Made by a program: the position numbers and the translations under genes. A DNA stretch of 64,000 nt from positions 3,360,001-3,424,000 of the forward strand of contig OZ220691.1 of assembly GCA_965116475.1 (NCBI GenBank), written 5' to 3'. How positions within the stretch are numbered: the stretch's first letter is position 1; each line of letters starts with the position of its first letter. Shown one piece after another: positions 32,312 to 41,778 of the stretch. Source of the DNA: Gemmatimonadota bacterium. Lineage in GTDB: Bacteria; Gemmatimonadota; Gemmatimonadetes; Palauibacterales; Palauibacteraceae. Under the pieces are notes generated by a model that searched no databases, was not told the DNA's origin, and saw only the letters and a program-made list of their open reading frames with translations.

Positions 32312-32643
32312 CGGACTGCGTATTCTGCAGCATCGCTTCGGGGGAGATCGAGGCCACGATCGTCGCCGAGGGGGACGACTGGGTGGCGTTCGGGGACCTC
32401 GAACCCCAGGCGCCGGTGCATGTGCTCGTGATCCCCCGGGCGCATGTGTCGAGCCTCGCGACGCTCTCGGAAGGGCCGCTCGGAACCCGGCTCCTGCTCG
32501 CCTGCGCGGCCGTAGCCGACGCGGAGGGGCTGGGCGGCGGGTACCGCGTGGTCACGAATGTCGGCGAAGACGGCGGCCAGGCCGTGCCGCACCTGCACTT
32601 CCACGTGCTCGGCGCTCGCCGCATGGGCTGGCCGCCCGGGTAG
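32308..32643 (+). CDS. Histidine triad (HIT) nucleotide-binding protein
   Basis: DCVFCSI, PQAPVHVLVIP, GQAVPHLHFHVLG, WPPG. Confidence 0.92.
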   Translation: MTDCVFCSIASGEIEATIVAEGDDWVAFGDLEPQAPVHVLVIPRAHVSSLATLSEGPLGTRLLLACAAVADAEGLGGGYRVVTNVGEDGGQAVPHLHFHVLGARRMGWPPG

Positions 32644-32648
32644 CCGCC

Positions 32649-35042
32649 GTGGATCACGCGCTCAGGGTGATCGAGTTCGACCGCGTGCTGGCGGCGGTCG
32701 GCGAACGCGCCGTATCGGAAGCGGGCCGCTCCGCGGTGCGCCGACTCCGGCCGCTTCCGGATGCGGCATCCGCGCGCCGCTCGCTCGCGGCCGTGCACGA
32801 ACTTCGGGAACTCATCGGCAGCCGGGACGGGTGGGTACTGGATCCGATCGCGCCGCTGGACGGAGCCCTCCGGCGGCTCGCGATCGAGGACGCGGCGCTG
32901 GAGCCGCCTCAATTGCTCGCGTGCGGACAGGTCATGGCCGTCGCGCGCGCCGTGAGCCGACTGGAGGCGCGCCTCGATCCCGACGGGCTCCCGGCGGAGC
33001 ACGTCAGCCGGTTGTGGGGGGAGGCGGTCCTCGAGAAACGGATTGCGCGCACCTTCGATGCGACGGGAGCGGTCGCGGATGGAGCCTCGCAGGAGCTTCG
33101 GCGCATCCGCCGGGCGCTCGCGACGCGGCGCGGCCGGCTCGTCGACGAACTCACCCGCTACGCCCGCTCGCTCCCGGAGCGCGTTCGCGTGCGCGACGCC
33201 TCGGTCACGGTCCGCAACGGCCGCTACTGCATCCCCGTCCGCCGCGAGGGCAAGGGGATCGCCGGCGGTCTCGTCCACGACGCTTCCGCCAGCCGCCAGA
33301 CCCTGTTCGTCGAGCCGTCGCGCGCCATCGAGGCGATGAACGAGATCCGTGAACTGGAACTCGGCGAAGCACGCGAGGTGGACCGGATCTTGCGGGACCT
33401 CTCTTCGGCCGTGCGCGCCCGCGCGACGGAACTCGCCCTCTCCTACGCCGCTCTCGTGGAGCTGGACTCGCTCCGCGCCCGCGCGCTCTTCGCGGACGAG
33501 ATGGACGCATCGCCCCCCGCCTTCGTCGATGCATCCTCCGAAGGAATCCACGTTCGCGGCGCTCGTCATCCTCTTCTCGCCCTCGACGCCGCCGGAGCCG
33601 TCCCGTTCGACCTCGACCTGTCGGCGGATGAGCGCGTCCTTCTCGTGTCGGGGCCGAACGCGGGCGGGAAGACGGTGTTTCTCAAGACGCTAGGCCTGCT
33701 GTGCGCCCTCTCGCAGAGCGGCGTCCTGCCGCCGCTCGGCGCCGGGAGCCGGATCCCGTTCTTCGGTCGCTTCTTCGCGGTCATCGGGGACGAACAGTCG
33801 ATCGAAGCGTCGCTCTCCACCTTCGGCGCGCAGGCGCGCAACCTGGCCGAGATCCTGAACGAGGCCGGAGCGCGGGACCTCGTTCTCTTCGACGAGATCG
33901 GCAGCGCGACGGATCCGGCCGAGGGGGGCGCGCTTGCGGCGGCATCGCTGCGGCGCCTGGCTCGGCAGGCGCGTCTCACGGTGGCGACGACGCACCTCGG
34001 CGACCTCAAGCGCCTCGCCGACGAGAAGGCGGCGGCGGTGAACGCCTCGCTGGAGTTCGATGGAACGCGGCTCGAGCCCACGTACCGCCTGGTGAGGGAC
34101 CGGCCCGGCCGCAGCTACGCGCTCGTCATCGCGGCGCGGCTGGGGGTTCCGGATGACGTCCTCGCCGATGCGCGCGACCGGCTCGGGCCGGAGCACGTCT
34201 CGCTGGACACGCTCCTCGCCCGCCTCGAGGCCGAACGGGGCGAGGTCGAGGACCTCCGGGCCCAACTCGAGCGCCGGGCCGGAGAAACGGCCGAGCGCGA
34301 ACGCGACCTCGCGTCCAGGGAGACCGCCCTCGCCGATTCGGAGCGCGCCGCCGCTCGTCGACGGGAAGCGGCGCGGCTCGCGGCGCTGCGGGAGGCGCGA
34401 GAGCGGGTGGAGGGTGCGATCTCACGCCTCGAGGCCGAATTCGCCGCGGGGGATGAGGTGCGCCGACGGGAGGCGAAGCGGTCCGCGCGGGGCGAAGTGG
34501 AGCGCGCGCTCCGGGCGTCTTCGCGCGCGCTTCGCTCGCTGGGCGATTCCACCCCTTCGTCCCCTTCGTCGGCGGAGCGAACGGTCGGCGTCGGCGATAC
34601 CGTGCGCTGGGACGCGTCCGACCGGCCGGCGCGCCTCGTCGAGATTCGTGACGATCGCGGCGTCATCGAAGTGGGCGAACTGCGGCTCACGGTACCGCTG
34701 CGGGACCTGGCGCCCCATTCTGCACCGGCGAACCGTTCGTCCGGGGCGGCCGGGGTCCGGGAAGCCGGCGGACCGCCGCAGCGCCGGCCGGACTTCAGCG
34801 TCGCCACGGAGGTCGATCTCAGGGGGTTGCGCGTCGACGAGGTGGAGGGGGCGCTCAACCCGGCCGTTGATGCGGCCGTGGTCGGAGACCTCCCGTGGCT
34901 CAGGATCATTCACGGGAAGGGAACGGGCGCGCTGCGGGAGCGGGTCGGGCAACTGCTCGCCGGGGATCCGCGGATCCGGCTCTCCAGAACCGGTGAGCCG
35001 AACGAAGGAGGCACGGGCGTCACGGTCGTGGAATTCGAGTGA
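32649..35042 (+). CDS. mutS2: Endonuclease MutS2 with Smr domain
   Basis: VHDASASRQTLFVEP, SGPNAGGKT, IGDEQSIE..LSTF, DEIGSATDP, IIHGKGTGALR. Confidence 0.92.
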   Translation: MDHALRVIEFDRVLAAVGERAVSEAGRSAVRRLRPLPDAASARRSLAAVHELRELIGSRDGWVLDPIAPLDGALRRLAIEDAALEPPQLLACGQVMAVARAVSRLEARLDPDGLPAEHVSRLWGEAVLEKRIARTFDATGAVADGASQELRRIRRALATRRGRLVDELTRYARSLPERVRVRDASVTVRNGRYCIPVRREGKGIAGGLVHDASASRQTLFVEPSRAIEAMNEIRELELGEAREVDRILRDLSSAVRARATELALSYAALVELDSLRARALFADEMDASPPAFVDASSEGIHVRGARHPLLALDAAGAVPFDLDLSADERVLLVSGPNAGGKTVFLKTLGLLCALSQSGVLPPLGAGSRIPFFGRFFAVIGDEQSIEASLSTFGAQARNLAEILNEAGARDLVLFDEIGSATDPAEGGALAAASLRRLARQARLTVATTHLGDLKRLADEKAAAVNASLEFDGTRLEPTYRLVRDRPGRSYALVIAARLGVPDDVLADARDRLGPEHVSLDTLLARLEAERGEVEDLRAQLERRAGETAERERDLASRETALADSERAAARRREAARLAALREARERVEGAISRLEAEFAAGDEVRRREAKRSARGEVERALRASSRALRSLGDSTPSSPSSAERTVGVGDTVRWDASDRPARLVEIRDDRGVIEVGELRLTVPLRDLAPHSAPANRSSGAAGVREAGGPPQRRPDFSVATEVDLRGLRVDEVEGALNPAVDAAVVGDLPWLRIIHGKGTGALRERVGQLLAGDPRIRLSRTGEPNEGGTGVTVVEFE

Positions 35043-35105
35043 ACGCGGGTTGCGCGCGGTGCGCGGGATGATGGGCCGCTCGGGCCCCGGCTCGGGGGAG
35101 GGCTC

Positions 35106-36920
35106 GTGGTGAGCGACAGCCTCGTAGAGGACATCCGGGCCCGGGCGGACATCCTCGAGGTCGTGGGCGAGTACGTCCAGCTTCGACGATCGGGCAAGAG
35201 CTACCGCGGCCCCTGTCCCCTGCACGGCGGCGACGGCCCGAACTTCTCCGTCGACCCGCAGCGCCAGATGTTCAAGTGCTTCGTCTGCGGGGAGGGCGGG
35301 GACGTCTACGGCTTCCTGATGAAGCACCTCGGATTCGACTTCCCGGAGGCGGTGCGCCACGTGGGCGCGAGAGTCGGGATAGAGGTTCCGGACCGGGAGG
35401 AGCGGCGCGAGGATCCGTATGCGCCGCTGCGGGGCGTGCTCGCCTTTGCGGCCGAGTGGTTCCAGGGCCGGCTGCGCGAACCGGCCGGCGCCGGGGCGCG
35501 CGACTATCTCAAGGGGCGCGGACTGTCGCTGGAGGAAGCGCTCGACTTCGGGCTGGGCTACGCGGACGACGAATGGCGGGCGCTCCGTTCCGCGGCGGCC
35601 CGACACGGGATCGAGGAGCGCACGCTGCTCGAACTCGGGCTGCTCGCGACGAGCGAGAGGGCGGAGGAGCCGTACGACCGTTTTCGCGGGCGTCTGATGT
35701 TCACGATCCACGACCTGCGCGACCGGCCGATCGGCTTCGGCGGCCGCATCCTCGACGCCTCCTCCGATGCGCCCAAGTACATCAACTCGCCCGAATCGCC
35801 CGTCTTTCACAAGGGGGAAGAGCTGTACGGCCTCAACCGGGCCCGGCACGCCATGCGTCGGGAGGGCCACGCGGCGATCGCGGAGGGGTTTACCGACGTG
35901 ATCGCGCTGCACCGGGCCGGCCTCGGCTTCGCGGTCGCGGGGCTGGGGACCTCCTTCACGGCGGACCAGGCGCGCCGCATCGGCCGATACACGAAACGGG
36001 CCTATCTGCTCTACGACAGCGACCTCGCCGGGCTGCGCGCGACCTTCCGGACGGGGGATATCCTGTTGGCCGCCGGAATCCACCCGATGGTCGTGTCGCT
36101 CCCTTCCGGCGAAGATCCGGACTCCCTCATCCGGCGGGACGGCCCGGCCGCCATCCGGCAGCTCCTGGACGACGCGGTGGATCTCCTCGAGCGGAAGCTC
36201 CAGATCCTCCGCCGCGAGGGGTACCTCGACCGGGTCGAGGGGCGCCGCCGCGCGGTGGATGGCCTGCTCAGCACCCTGAGGGCGGTCTCCGATCCGGCGC
36301 TCCGCGACATCTACGTGGACAGGGCGGTGGAAGGACTGGGCATACGGCGCGACACGCTCGTGGATGAAATCGCGCGCCTCGAACGTTCCCGGCTTCGACG
36401 CCGTCCCTCCGCCGCCGGCGCGGGCCGTCCCCGTCGCGGGCCGTCTCCGGTGTCGCGAACGGAGCACGATTTTCTTCTCCTGCTCGTGCGCGATCCGGCG
36501 CTCACGCGGCAGGCCGTGCGCGTCGGCATCGTCCCCGGCCACATGTCCGACCCGCGCGGCCGCGAACTGTTCGAGATCCTGTCGGCGGCATCGGACGAGG
36601 GGGTCGATTCTCCGGACTGGACAACCGCCTCCGCCGAGACCGGGGAATTGGCGAAGACGTTGCGGGAGTCCGACCGGGAGCTTCCGGACGCCGCTCGGGT
36701 ATTCGACGCCGTGGTGCGCCGGCTTCTCTATCGACGGCATCGGGAACGGATCGAGGAGATTGGCCGCGCCATCGAGCTTGCGGAGCCGGAGCAGCAACGT
36801 CGATTGTTGGGTGAGAAACAGGAACTCGTGCGCGAACTTCGTGCCGCGGGCGAGTCGGGAGCGTTCATGCCGGCGGCGGAGGCGAGACGCCCCCCGCCTG
36901 CCGGGGCGACGCAGCGATGA
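35106..36920 (+). CDS. dnaG: DNA primase
   Basis: CPLH...CFVC zinc domain, DRFRGRLMF, FGGR, KYINSPE, EGFTDV, YDSD, DPD; tandem GTG starts 35106/35109. Confidence 0.94.
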   Translation: MVSDSLVEDIRARADILEVVGEYVQLRRSGKSYRGPCPLHGGDGPNFSVDPQRQMFKCFVCGEGGDVYGFLMKHLGFDFPEAVRHVGARVGIEVPDREERREDPYAPLRGVLAFAAEWFQGRLREPAGAGARDYLKGRGLSLEEALDFGLGYADDEWRALRSAAARHGIEERTLLELGLLATSERAEEPYDRFRGRLMFTIHDLRDRPIGFGGRILDASSDAPKYINSPESPVFHKGEELYGLNRARHAMRREGHAAIAEGFTDVIALHRAGLGFAVAGLGTSFTADQARRIGRYTKRAYLLYDSDLAGLRATFRTGDILLAAGIHPMVVSLPSGEDPDSLIRRDGPAAIRQLLDDAVDLLERKLQILRREGYLDRVEGRRRAVDGLLSTLRAVSDPALRDIYVDRAVEGLGIRRDTLVDEIARLERSRLRRRPSAAGAGRPRRGPSPVSRTEHDFLLLLVRDPALTRQAVRVGIVPGHMSDPRGRELFEILSAASDEGVDSPDWTTASAETGELAKTLRESDRELPDAARVFDAVVRRLLYRRHRERIEEIGRAIELAEPEQQRRLLGEKQELVRELRAAGESGAFMPAAEARRPPPAGATQR

Positions 36921-37654
36921 CAGCCGGAGAGCGTATGCAAGCGAGCGATATCGTCGAGGAGTTACTCACTCTTCAGGAGATTGATCACAAGATCCTGAAG
37001 ATAGAGGATGAACTCGAGAGTCTCGGCCGGGAGGAGGCCGGGCTCCGGGAAACCGTGGAGACGCTGGAGTCGCAGGTCGCGCGGATCCGGGCGGAAGCGG
37101 AGGAGGCGGAAGGGCGCGTGCGGCAGTTCCACCGGGCGGTGGAGGCCGGCAGGGCGACGCTCAAGCGCCTCGAAGCGCGCTCGGTCGCGGTGGCGAACAT
37201 GCAGCAACATCTCGCGGTGCGGAGCGAAACGGACACGGCCCGGCGCAACCTGCGGGCGGCGGAGGATGACCAGCTCGACGCCATGCAGGACGTGGAGACG
37301 GCGCGCGGGGCGCTCAAGGCGGCGGAGGCGGAGTTGCGGGAGGCCGCGGCACGGCTGGCGGAGCGGAGCGCCGCCGCGGAGGAACTGCGGGCGACCCTGG
37401 AGGGAGATCTTCAGAATTGCGGCGCGAGCCGGGAAACGCATGAAAGCCGGCTGGACCGCCGGGCGCTGCAGCTGTACCGGACGGCGGGCGGAGGCGGGCG
37501 CCAGGCGGCGCTTGCCGAACTCACCGGCGACGGGGTGTGCGGCCGCTGCTACACGGCGATACCGAAACAGCAACAGGCCGAGATCCGGGCGCGGCGGCAT
37601 CTCGCCGTCTGCGAGGGTTGCGGGATCATCCTCTACCCGGGGGTTCTCGCCTGA
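36917..37654 (+). CDS. Coiled-coil protein with C-terminal C4 zinc ribbon (CT398/HP0958-like)
   Basis: LLTLQEID, long coiled coil, CGRC...CEGCGIIL. Confidence 0.8.
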   Translation: MTAGERMQASDIVEELLTLQEIDHKILKIEDELESLGREEAGLRETVETLESQVARIRAEAEEAEGRVRQFHRAVEAGRATLKRLEARSVAVANMQQHLAVRSETDTARRNLRAAEDDQLDAMQDVETARGALKAAEAELREAAARLAERSAAAEELRATLEGDLQNCGASRETHESRLDRRALQLYRTAGGGGRQAALAELTGDGVCGRCYTAIPKQQQAEIRARRHLAVCEGCGIILYPGVLA

Positions 37655-37667
37655 CGCGCCCGGTCAT

Positions 37668-38243
37668 TTGAGGCTTCGCATCATCGCGGGCGACCTGGGC
37701 GGCCGCTTCATCGACGCCCCCCGTGGACGGCGTACCCGTCCGACGGCGGAGCGGGTGCGGGAGGCCTGGTTCTCCGCGCTCGCGGGCGATGTCGACGGGG
37801 CGCGGGTCGCCGACCTCTACGCCGGCTCCGGGGCTTTGGGCATCGAGGCGCTGTCGCGAGGTGCGGCGCACGTTCATTTTGTCGAGTCGGATCGCGGGGC
37901 TGTGGCGCTGCTGCGTCGCAATGTCGCGACGCTCGATCTCGCGGACCGATCTCGCGTCGTGCGAGACGACGCCATCGCCTGGGTCGACGGTCTCGACGAA
38001 CCGGAAGATGCGGCCGGACCGGGCGCGCCGCTCGACCTGATCCTCGCGGATCCACCGTATGCGTCCACCGGCGGCGCGCGGCTGGTCGAGCGCTTCCGAG
38101 CCCGTCCGTTCGCCTCACAGCTGTGGGTCGAGCATCGTCCGGACGCCGAATGGGCGGCCGCGGCCGATTGGACGAGGGAATACGGTGACACCTGCGTCAG
38201 CCGCTTCCGGGCTCCGGCCGACGCGTCAACCCCAACACTCTGA
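37668..38243 (+). CDS. rsmD: 16S rRNA m2G966 methyltransferase
   Basis: RIIAG, RPTAERVREA, DLYAGSGALGIEALSRGA, DPPY; TTG start approximate. Confidence 0.88.
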   Translation: MRLRIIAGDLGGRFIDAPRGRRTRPTAERVREAWFSALAGDVDGARVADLYAGSGALGIEALSRGAAHVHFVESDRGAVALLRRNVATLDLADRSRVVRDDAIAWVDGLDEPEDAAGPGAPLDLILADPPYASTGGARLVERFRARPFASQLWVEHRPDAEWAAAADWTREYGDTCVSRFRAPADASTPTL

Positions 38244-38254
38244 CGGGGAACCCG

Positions 38255-38752
38255 ATGAACAACGCCGTCGCCGTGTACCCCGGCTCGTTCGACCCGCTGA
38301 CGGTCGGACACGAGGACATCGTGCGCAGGAGCCTGGGGGTCGTCGAGCGCCTGATCGTCGCCGTCGCCGAGACGGCCACGCAGGCCAAGTCGGGGCTGTT
38401 CGAGATCGAGGAACGCGTCGATCTGATCCGCGAGGTGTTTGCGGACGAACCCCGGATCGAGGCGACCTCCTTCTCGGGTCTGCTCGTGGATTTTGCCCGT
38501 GCCCGCAGGGCCCGGATCATCGTCCGCGGGCTGCGGGCCGTGAGCGACTTCGAGTACGAGTTTCAGATGGCGCTCATGAACCGCTCGCTCTGGCCCGACG
38601 TCGAAGTCCTCTTCATGGCGCCCTCGACGCGCCACACGTTCCTGAGCTCCTCGCTCGTGCGCGAAGTCGGACGGCTGGGCGGAGATGTGACGGACTTCGT
38701 GAGCCCGGTCGTGAAGGCCCGCATGGACCGCGCGTTCGGGCGCGACGCATAG
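38255..38752 (+). CDS. coaD: Phosphopantetheine adenylyltransferase
   Basis: YPGSFDPLTVGH, RGLRAVSDFEYE, SSSLVREV. Confidence 0.96.
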   Translation: MNNAVAVYPGSFDPLTVGHEDIVRRSLGVVERLIVAVAETATQAKSGLFEIEERVDLIREVFADEPRIEATSFSGLLVDFARARRARIIVRGLRAVSDFEYEFQMALMNRSLWPDVEVLFMAPSTRHTFLSSSLVREVGRLGGDVTDFVSPVVKARMDRAFGRDA

Positions 38753-38769
38753 TCGCCACGGACTGCCAG

Positions 38770-39624
38770 GTGACGTCGCCGGAGCGGCTCGGCTTCATCG
38801 GCCGGCTGAGGGCGCGGGCCGCCGCCCTCGAGCGGCGCATCGGCTTCCCGGAGGCGGACGAGCCGCGCACCGCGCTGGCGATTCGCCGGTTGCGGGAGGA
38901 GGGGTGGGTACGCCCGGTGGAGGTCCCCGCCGGCGCGGGCGGCCTCGAGGCTGCCGCGCAACGCCTCGCGGCGGGAGAGCTGGATGGGGTCGTGGCCGGC
39001 GCCGCGCATGCGACGGCCGACGTCATCCGCGCCGGGCTGCGGGTGGTCGGCCTGGCCGACGGCGTGGAAACGGTCTCCGCCGCCTTCTACATGGTGTTTC
39101 CCGAGCCCGGCGAACGGGTGCTCACGCTTACGGACGCGGCGGTCGTCCCGGCGCCGACCCCGGCCCAGATGGCGGAAAGCGCTTCTGCCGCCTGCGACGC
39201 GCACCGCGCCATCGCCGGAGAGGAACCGGTCGTCGCGTTTCTCTCATACTCCACGCTCGGCTCGGCGGCGGGGCCGGCGGTCGAGCATGTGCGAGAGGCG
39301 CTGGACATCTTCCGCCGCCGCCGACCGGACATCGCGGCGGAGGGTGAACTGCAGGCCGATGCCGCGCTCGTTCCGGAAGTCGCGGCGCTGAAGGCTCCCG
39401 GATCTCCGGTGGCCGGCCGCGCGAACCTGCTCGTCTTCCCCGGCCTCGATGCCGCGAACATCGCGTACAAGCTGCTCGAGCGACTTGCCGGCGCGCGCGC
39501 CCTGGGACCTGTCCTTCAGGGACTGCGGCGACCGCTGAACGACCTCTCCCGCGGCGCGTCCGTGTCCGATATCGTGGATGTCGCCTGCATCACGGCCCTC
39601 ATGTCACCCGGGAGCGAAGGATGA
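38770..39624 (+). CDS. pta: Phosphate acetyl/butyryltransferase, short form
   Basis: FPEADEPR, LSYSTLGS, GELQADAAL, FPGLDAANIAYK, GPVLQG, DLSRG. Confidence 0.8.
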   Translation: MTSPERLGFIGRLRARAAALERRIGFPEADEPRTALAIRRLREEGWVRPVEVPAGAGGLEAAAQRLAAGELDGVVAGAAHATADVIRAGLRVVGLADGVETVSAAFYMVFPEPGERVLTLTDAAVVPAPTPAQMAESASAACDAHRAIAGEEPVVAFLSYSTLGSAAGPAVEHVREALDIFRRRRPDIAAEGELQADAALVPEVAALKAPGSPVAGRANLLVFPGLDAANIAYKLLERLAGARALGPVLQGLRRPLNDLSRGASVSDIVDVACITALMSPGSEG

Positions 39625-39953
39625 CGTTTTCGATCGAAGCGCTGGGAGCCAATACCCTCGTCGCGGTGGGCGGCCAGCTCACGATCAACAACCGCGGCGA
39701 GTTCAAGGAACGCGTGCTCGCGCGTCTGGCGGTGGGAGACACCGACTTCGTGATAGATTTCACCGAGGCCGACTACATCGACTCCTCCGGCCTGGGGGTG
39801 CTCGTCAGTCTCTCCAAGCACATCCGCGACGCGGGGGGACGCCTGACGCTGACCGGACTGAACGAGGACCTTCAGCGGCTCTTCGCCCTGACGAGACTGG
39901 ATTCGCTGTTCGAGATCGCCGAGTCCCGGGCAGCCGCGCTCGGCGAATCCTGA
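39621..39953 (+). CDS. STAS-domain anti-sigma-factor antagonist (RsbV/SpoIIAA-like)
   Basis: YIDSSGLGVLV phosphorylation motif, LF.LTRLD. Confidence 0.9.
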   Translation: MTFSIEALGANTLVAVGGQLTINNRGEFKERVLARLAVGDTDFVIDFTEADYIDSSGLGVLVSLSKHIRDAGGRLTLTGLNEDLQRLFALTRLDSLFEIAESRAAALGES

Positions 39954-39972
39954 CCGGAGCCGCGGCTCCGGT
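39953..39972. promoter_or_regulatory. Perfect 20-bp palindrome ACCGGAGCCGCGGCTCCGGT filling the intergenic gap
   Basis: Self-complementary; lies between TGA 39951-53 and ATG 39973 and contains GGAG. Confidence 0.6.
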
Positions 39973-41778
39973 ATGACGGACGGTGCTCCGGCCCGCATCC
40001 TGGTCCTCTCGAGCCGGCCGGACATTCTCCACGCCGTCGCGGCCGCGGCCGCGGAGATTGACCCCCCTCCCGAAGTCCGCGGGCTCTTCGGGCGCCCCCT
40101 GAAGGTGCTCCCAACGGATCTCATCCTGGTGGATGTCGCGGAGCCGCGGGCAACGATGCCGTATCTGCACCGGCGCTTCGGCGCCGCGTCGGCGCTGGTG
40201 GCGCTCATCGATGGAGCGTGGATCGACCGTCTGGGTTCGGCACTGGCCGAGGACTGGACCGACTACCTCTTTTATCCGCTCAACGCGGCCGAACTCGGGT
40301 TCGTGTGGCGGAAGCACACCTCGCCCGCGGAAGCGCCCGATCTCAACCTGGACGTCGACGAGTCGGGGCACATACGCGTCGTGTTTCCGTCGAGCGTGCG
40401 CTACCAGCGCGCCGTGGTGGAGAGGGTCGTCGTGGCATGCCGGCACCTTGCCGACCTGGATCGCGAGACGGCGTTCAGACTCCGGGTCGCGCTCGGCGAG
40501 GCCGTGGCCAATGCGATCATCTACGGGAGCGGCGACCGCCCCGGCGCCGTCGTGCGCGTCTCGGCGAGGGCGTACGCGGAGGGCCTGCGCGTGAAAGTCT
40601 CGGACGAGGGAAGCGGGTTCGATCCCGACGCCGTGCCGGATCCGGTCTCGGCGGAAGGTATCGGCCGGCCCCGGGGGCGCGGCCTCTTCCTTCTGAGGCA
40701 GCTCGCGGACGGCGTTGCGTTCAACGAGATCGGCAACAGGGTCACCCTCTCGTTCCGCGGCGCGCCGGATCCGCTCGTGAGGATCGAACCTCTCCTGCGA
40801 CGCTTTGCCGATGTCACCGGTCTCAGATTCCGGCTCGACCGGCTGTTCGAGGACGGCTCGCAGGTGCTGTTCGACAGCTGGGAGGATGATGAGGAACCGA
40901 ACGGCCCGCCGGAGGTTCGGGAGACGTGGCCGCTGGGCGATGCGGGACGGCTGCGCCTGGTCCACGAGCCGGCGAGCCGCGGCGATGACGCCGCGACGCT
41001 GCTCGCGGGCTGGATCGGGGCCGTGGCCGAGGGGGAGCAGTCGCGGGAGCGGCTCCTCGCGCGACGGTTGCGCCGGGAGCGGGTGCTGGCCGAGCTGGAG
41101 ATCGCCCGCGACCTGCAACTGAAGCTCCTTCCGCCGCCCGAGGATTTCCGCGATCTCGGACGGATCGCGGCCCGCTGCGATCCGGCGCTCTCCCTGGGCG
41201 GCGACTTCTACTACCTCGTCCGGCTCGCCGGCGGTTGCCTGGGGGTCATGCTCGGCGACGTGAGTTCGCATGGCCCCTCCGCCGCGCTCATCATGGCCCG
41301 CACGCTGAGTGCCGTGGTCCTGGCGACGGGCGTGGAGGCCGAACCCGGGGCCGTCCTCGACGCCATGCACGGGCAGCTGCGCGCGGCGCTCGACGCGACC
41401 GAGATGTACATGACGCTCTTCTACGGCGTCATTGATCCCGGGCGCGGAGAGCTGCGCTACGCGAACGCGGGCCACCCGTACGCGTACCTGCTCGGATCGG
41501 ACGGGGTCCGCCGTCTCACGGCGCTCGATCCCCCGGTCGGCGTGGCCTCGGTCCCGTCGTACCGGCAGACGCGGGTTCCGTCCGCGGGCGACACGCTGCT
41601 GGCGTTCACCGACGGCCTCGCGGAGCTGAGCGATCCCCTCGAGACGCCGGATGCGCGCGTGCGGAGACGGATCGACCGTGGCGACCTCGATCCCGAGGTC
41701 CTCGTGGCGGCGCTCTTCGCGGACAGCGATGACGAGATGAGACTGGACGACCGGACGGCCGTCGCGGCTTCCCTGTGA
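39973..41778 (+). CDS. Fusion of degenerate receiver, RsbW-type Ser kinase (HATPase_c) and SpoIIE/RsbU PP2C phosphatase
   Basis: DLILVDV...YLFYP; GEAVANAIIYG, SDEGSGFD, RGRGLFL; ELEIARDLQ, GGDFY, GDVSSHG, NAGHP, FTDGL, DDRT. Confidence 0.82.
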   Translation: MTDGAPARILVLSSRPDILHAVAAAAAEIDPPPEVRGLFGRPLKVLPTDLILVDVAEPRATMPYLHRRFGAASALVALIDGAWIDRLGSALAEDWTDYLFYPLNAAELGFVWRKHTSPAEAPDLNLDVDESGHIRVVFPSSVRYQRAVVERVVVACRHLADLDRETAFRLRVALGEAVANAIIYGSGDRPGAVVRVSARAYAEGLRVKVSDEGSGFDPDAVPDPVSAEGIGRPRGRGLFLLRQLADGVAFNEIGNRVTLSFRGAPDPLVRIEPLLRRFADVTGLRFRLDRLFEDGSQVLFDSWEDDEEPNGPPEVRETWPLGDAGRLRLVHEPASRGDDAATLLAGWIGAVAEGEQSRERLLARRLRRERVLAELEIARDLQLKLLPPPEDFRDLGRIAARCDPALSLGGDFYYLVRLAGGCLGVMLGDVSSHGPSAALIMARTLSAVVLATGVEAEPGAVLDAMHGQLRAALDATEMYMTLFYGVIDPGRGELRYANAGHPYAYLLGSDGVRRLTALDPPVGVASVPSYRQTRVPSAGDTLLAFTDGLAELSDPLETPDARVRRRIDRGDLDPEVLVAALFADSDDEMRLDDRTAVAASL

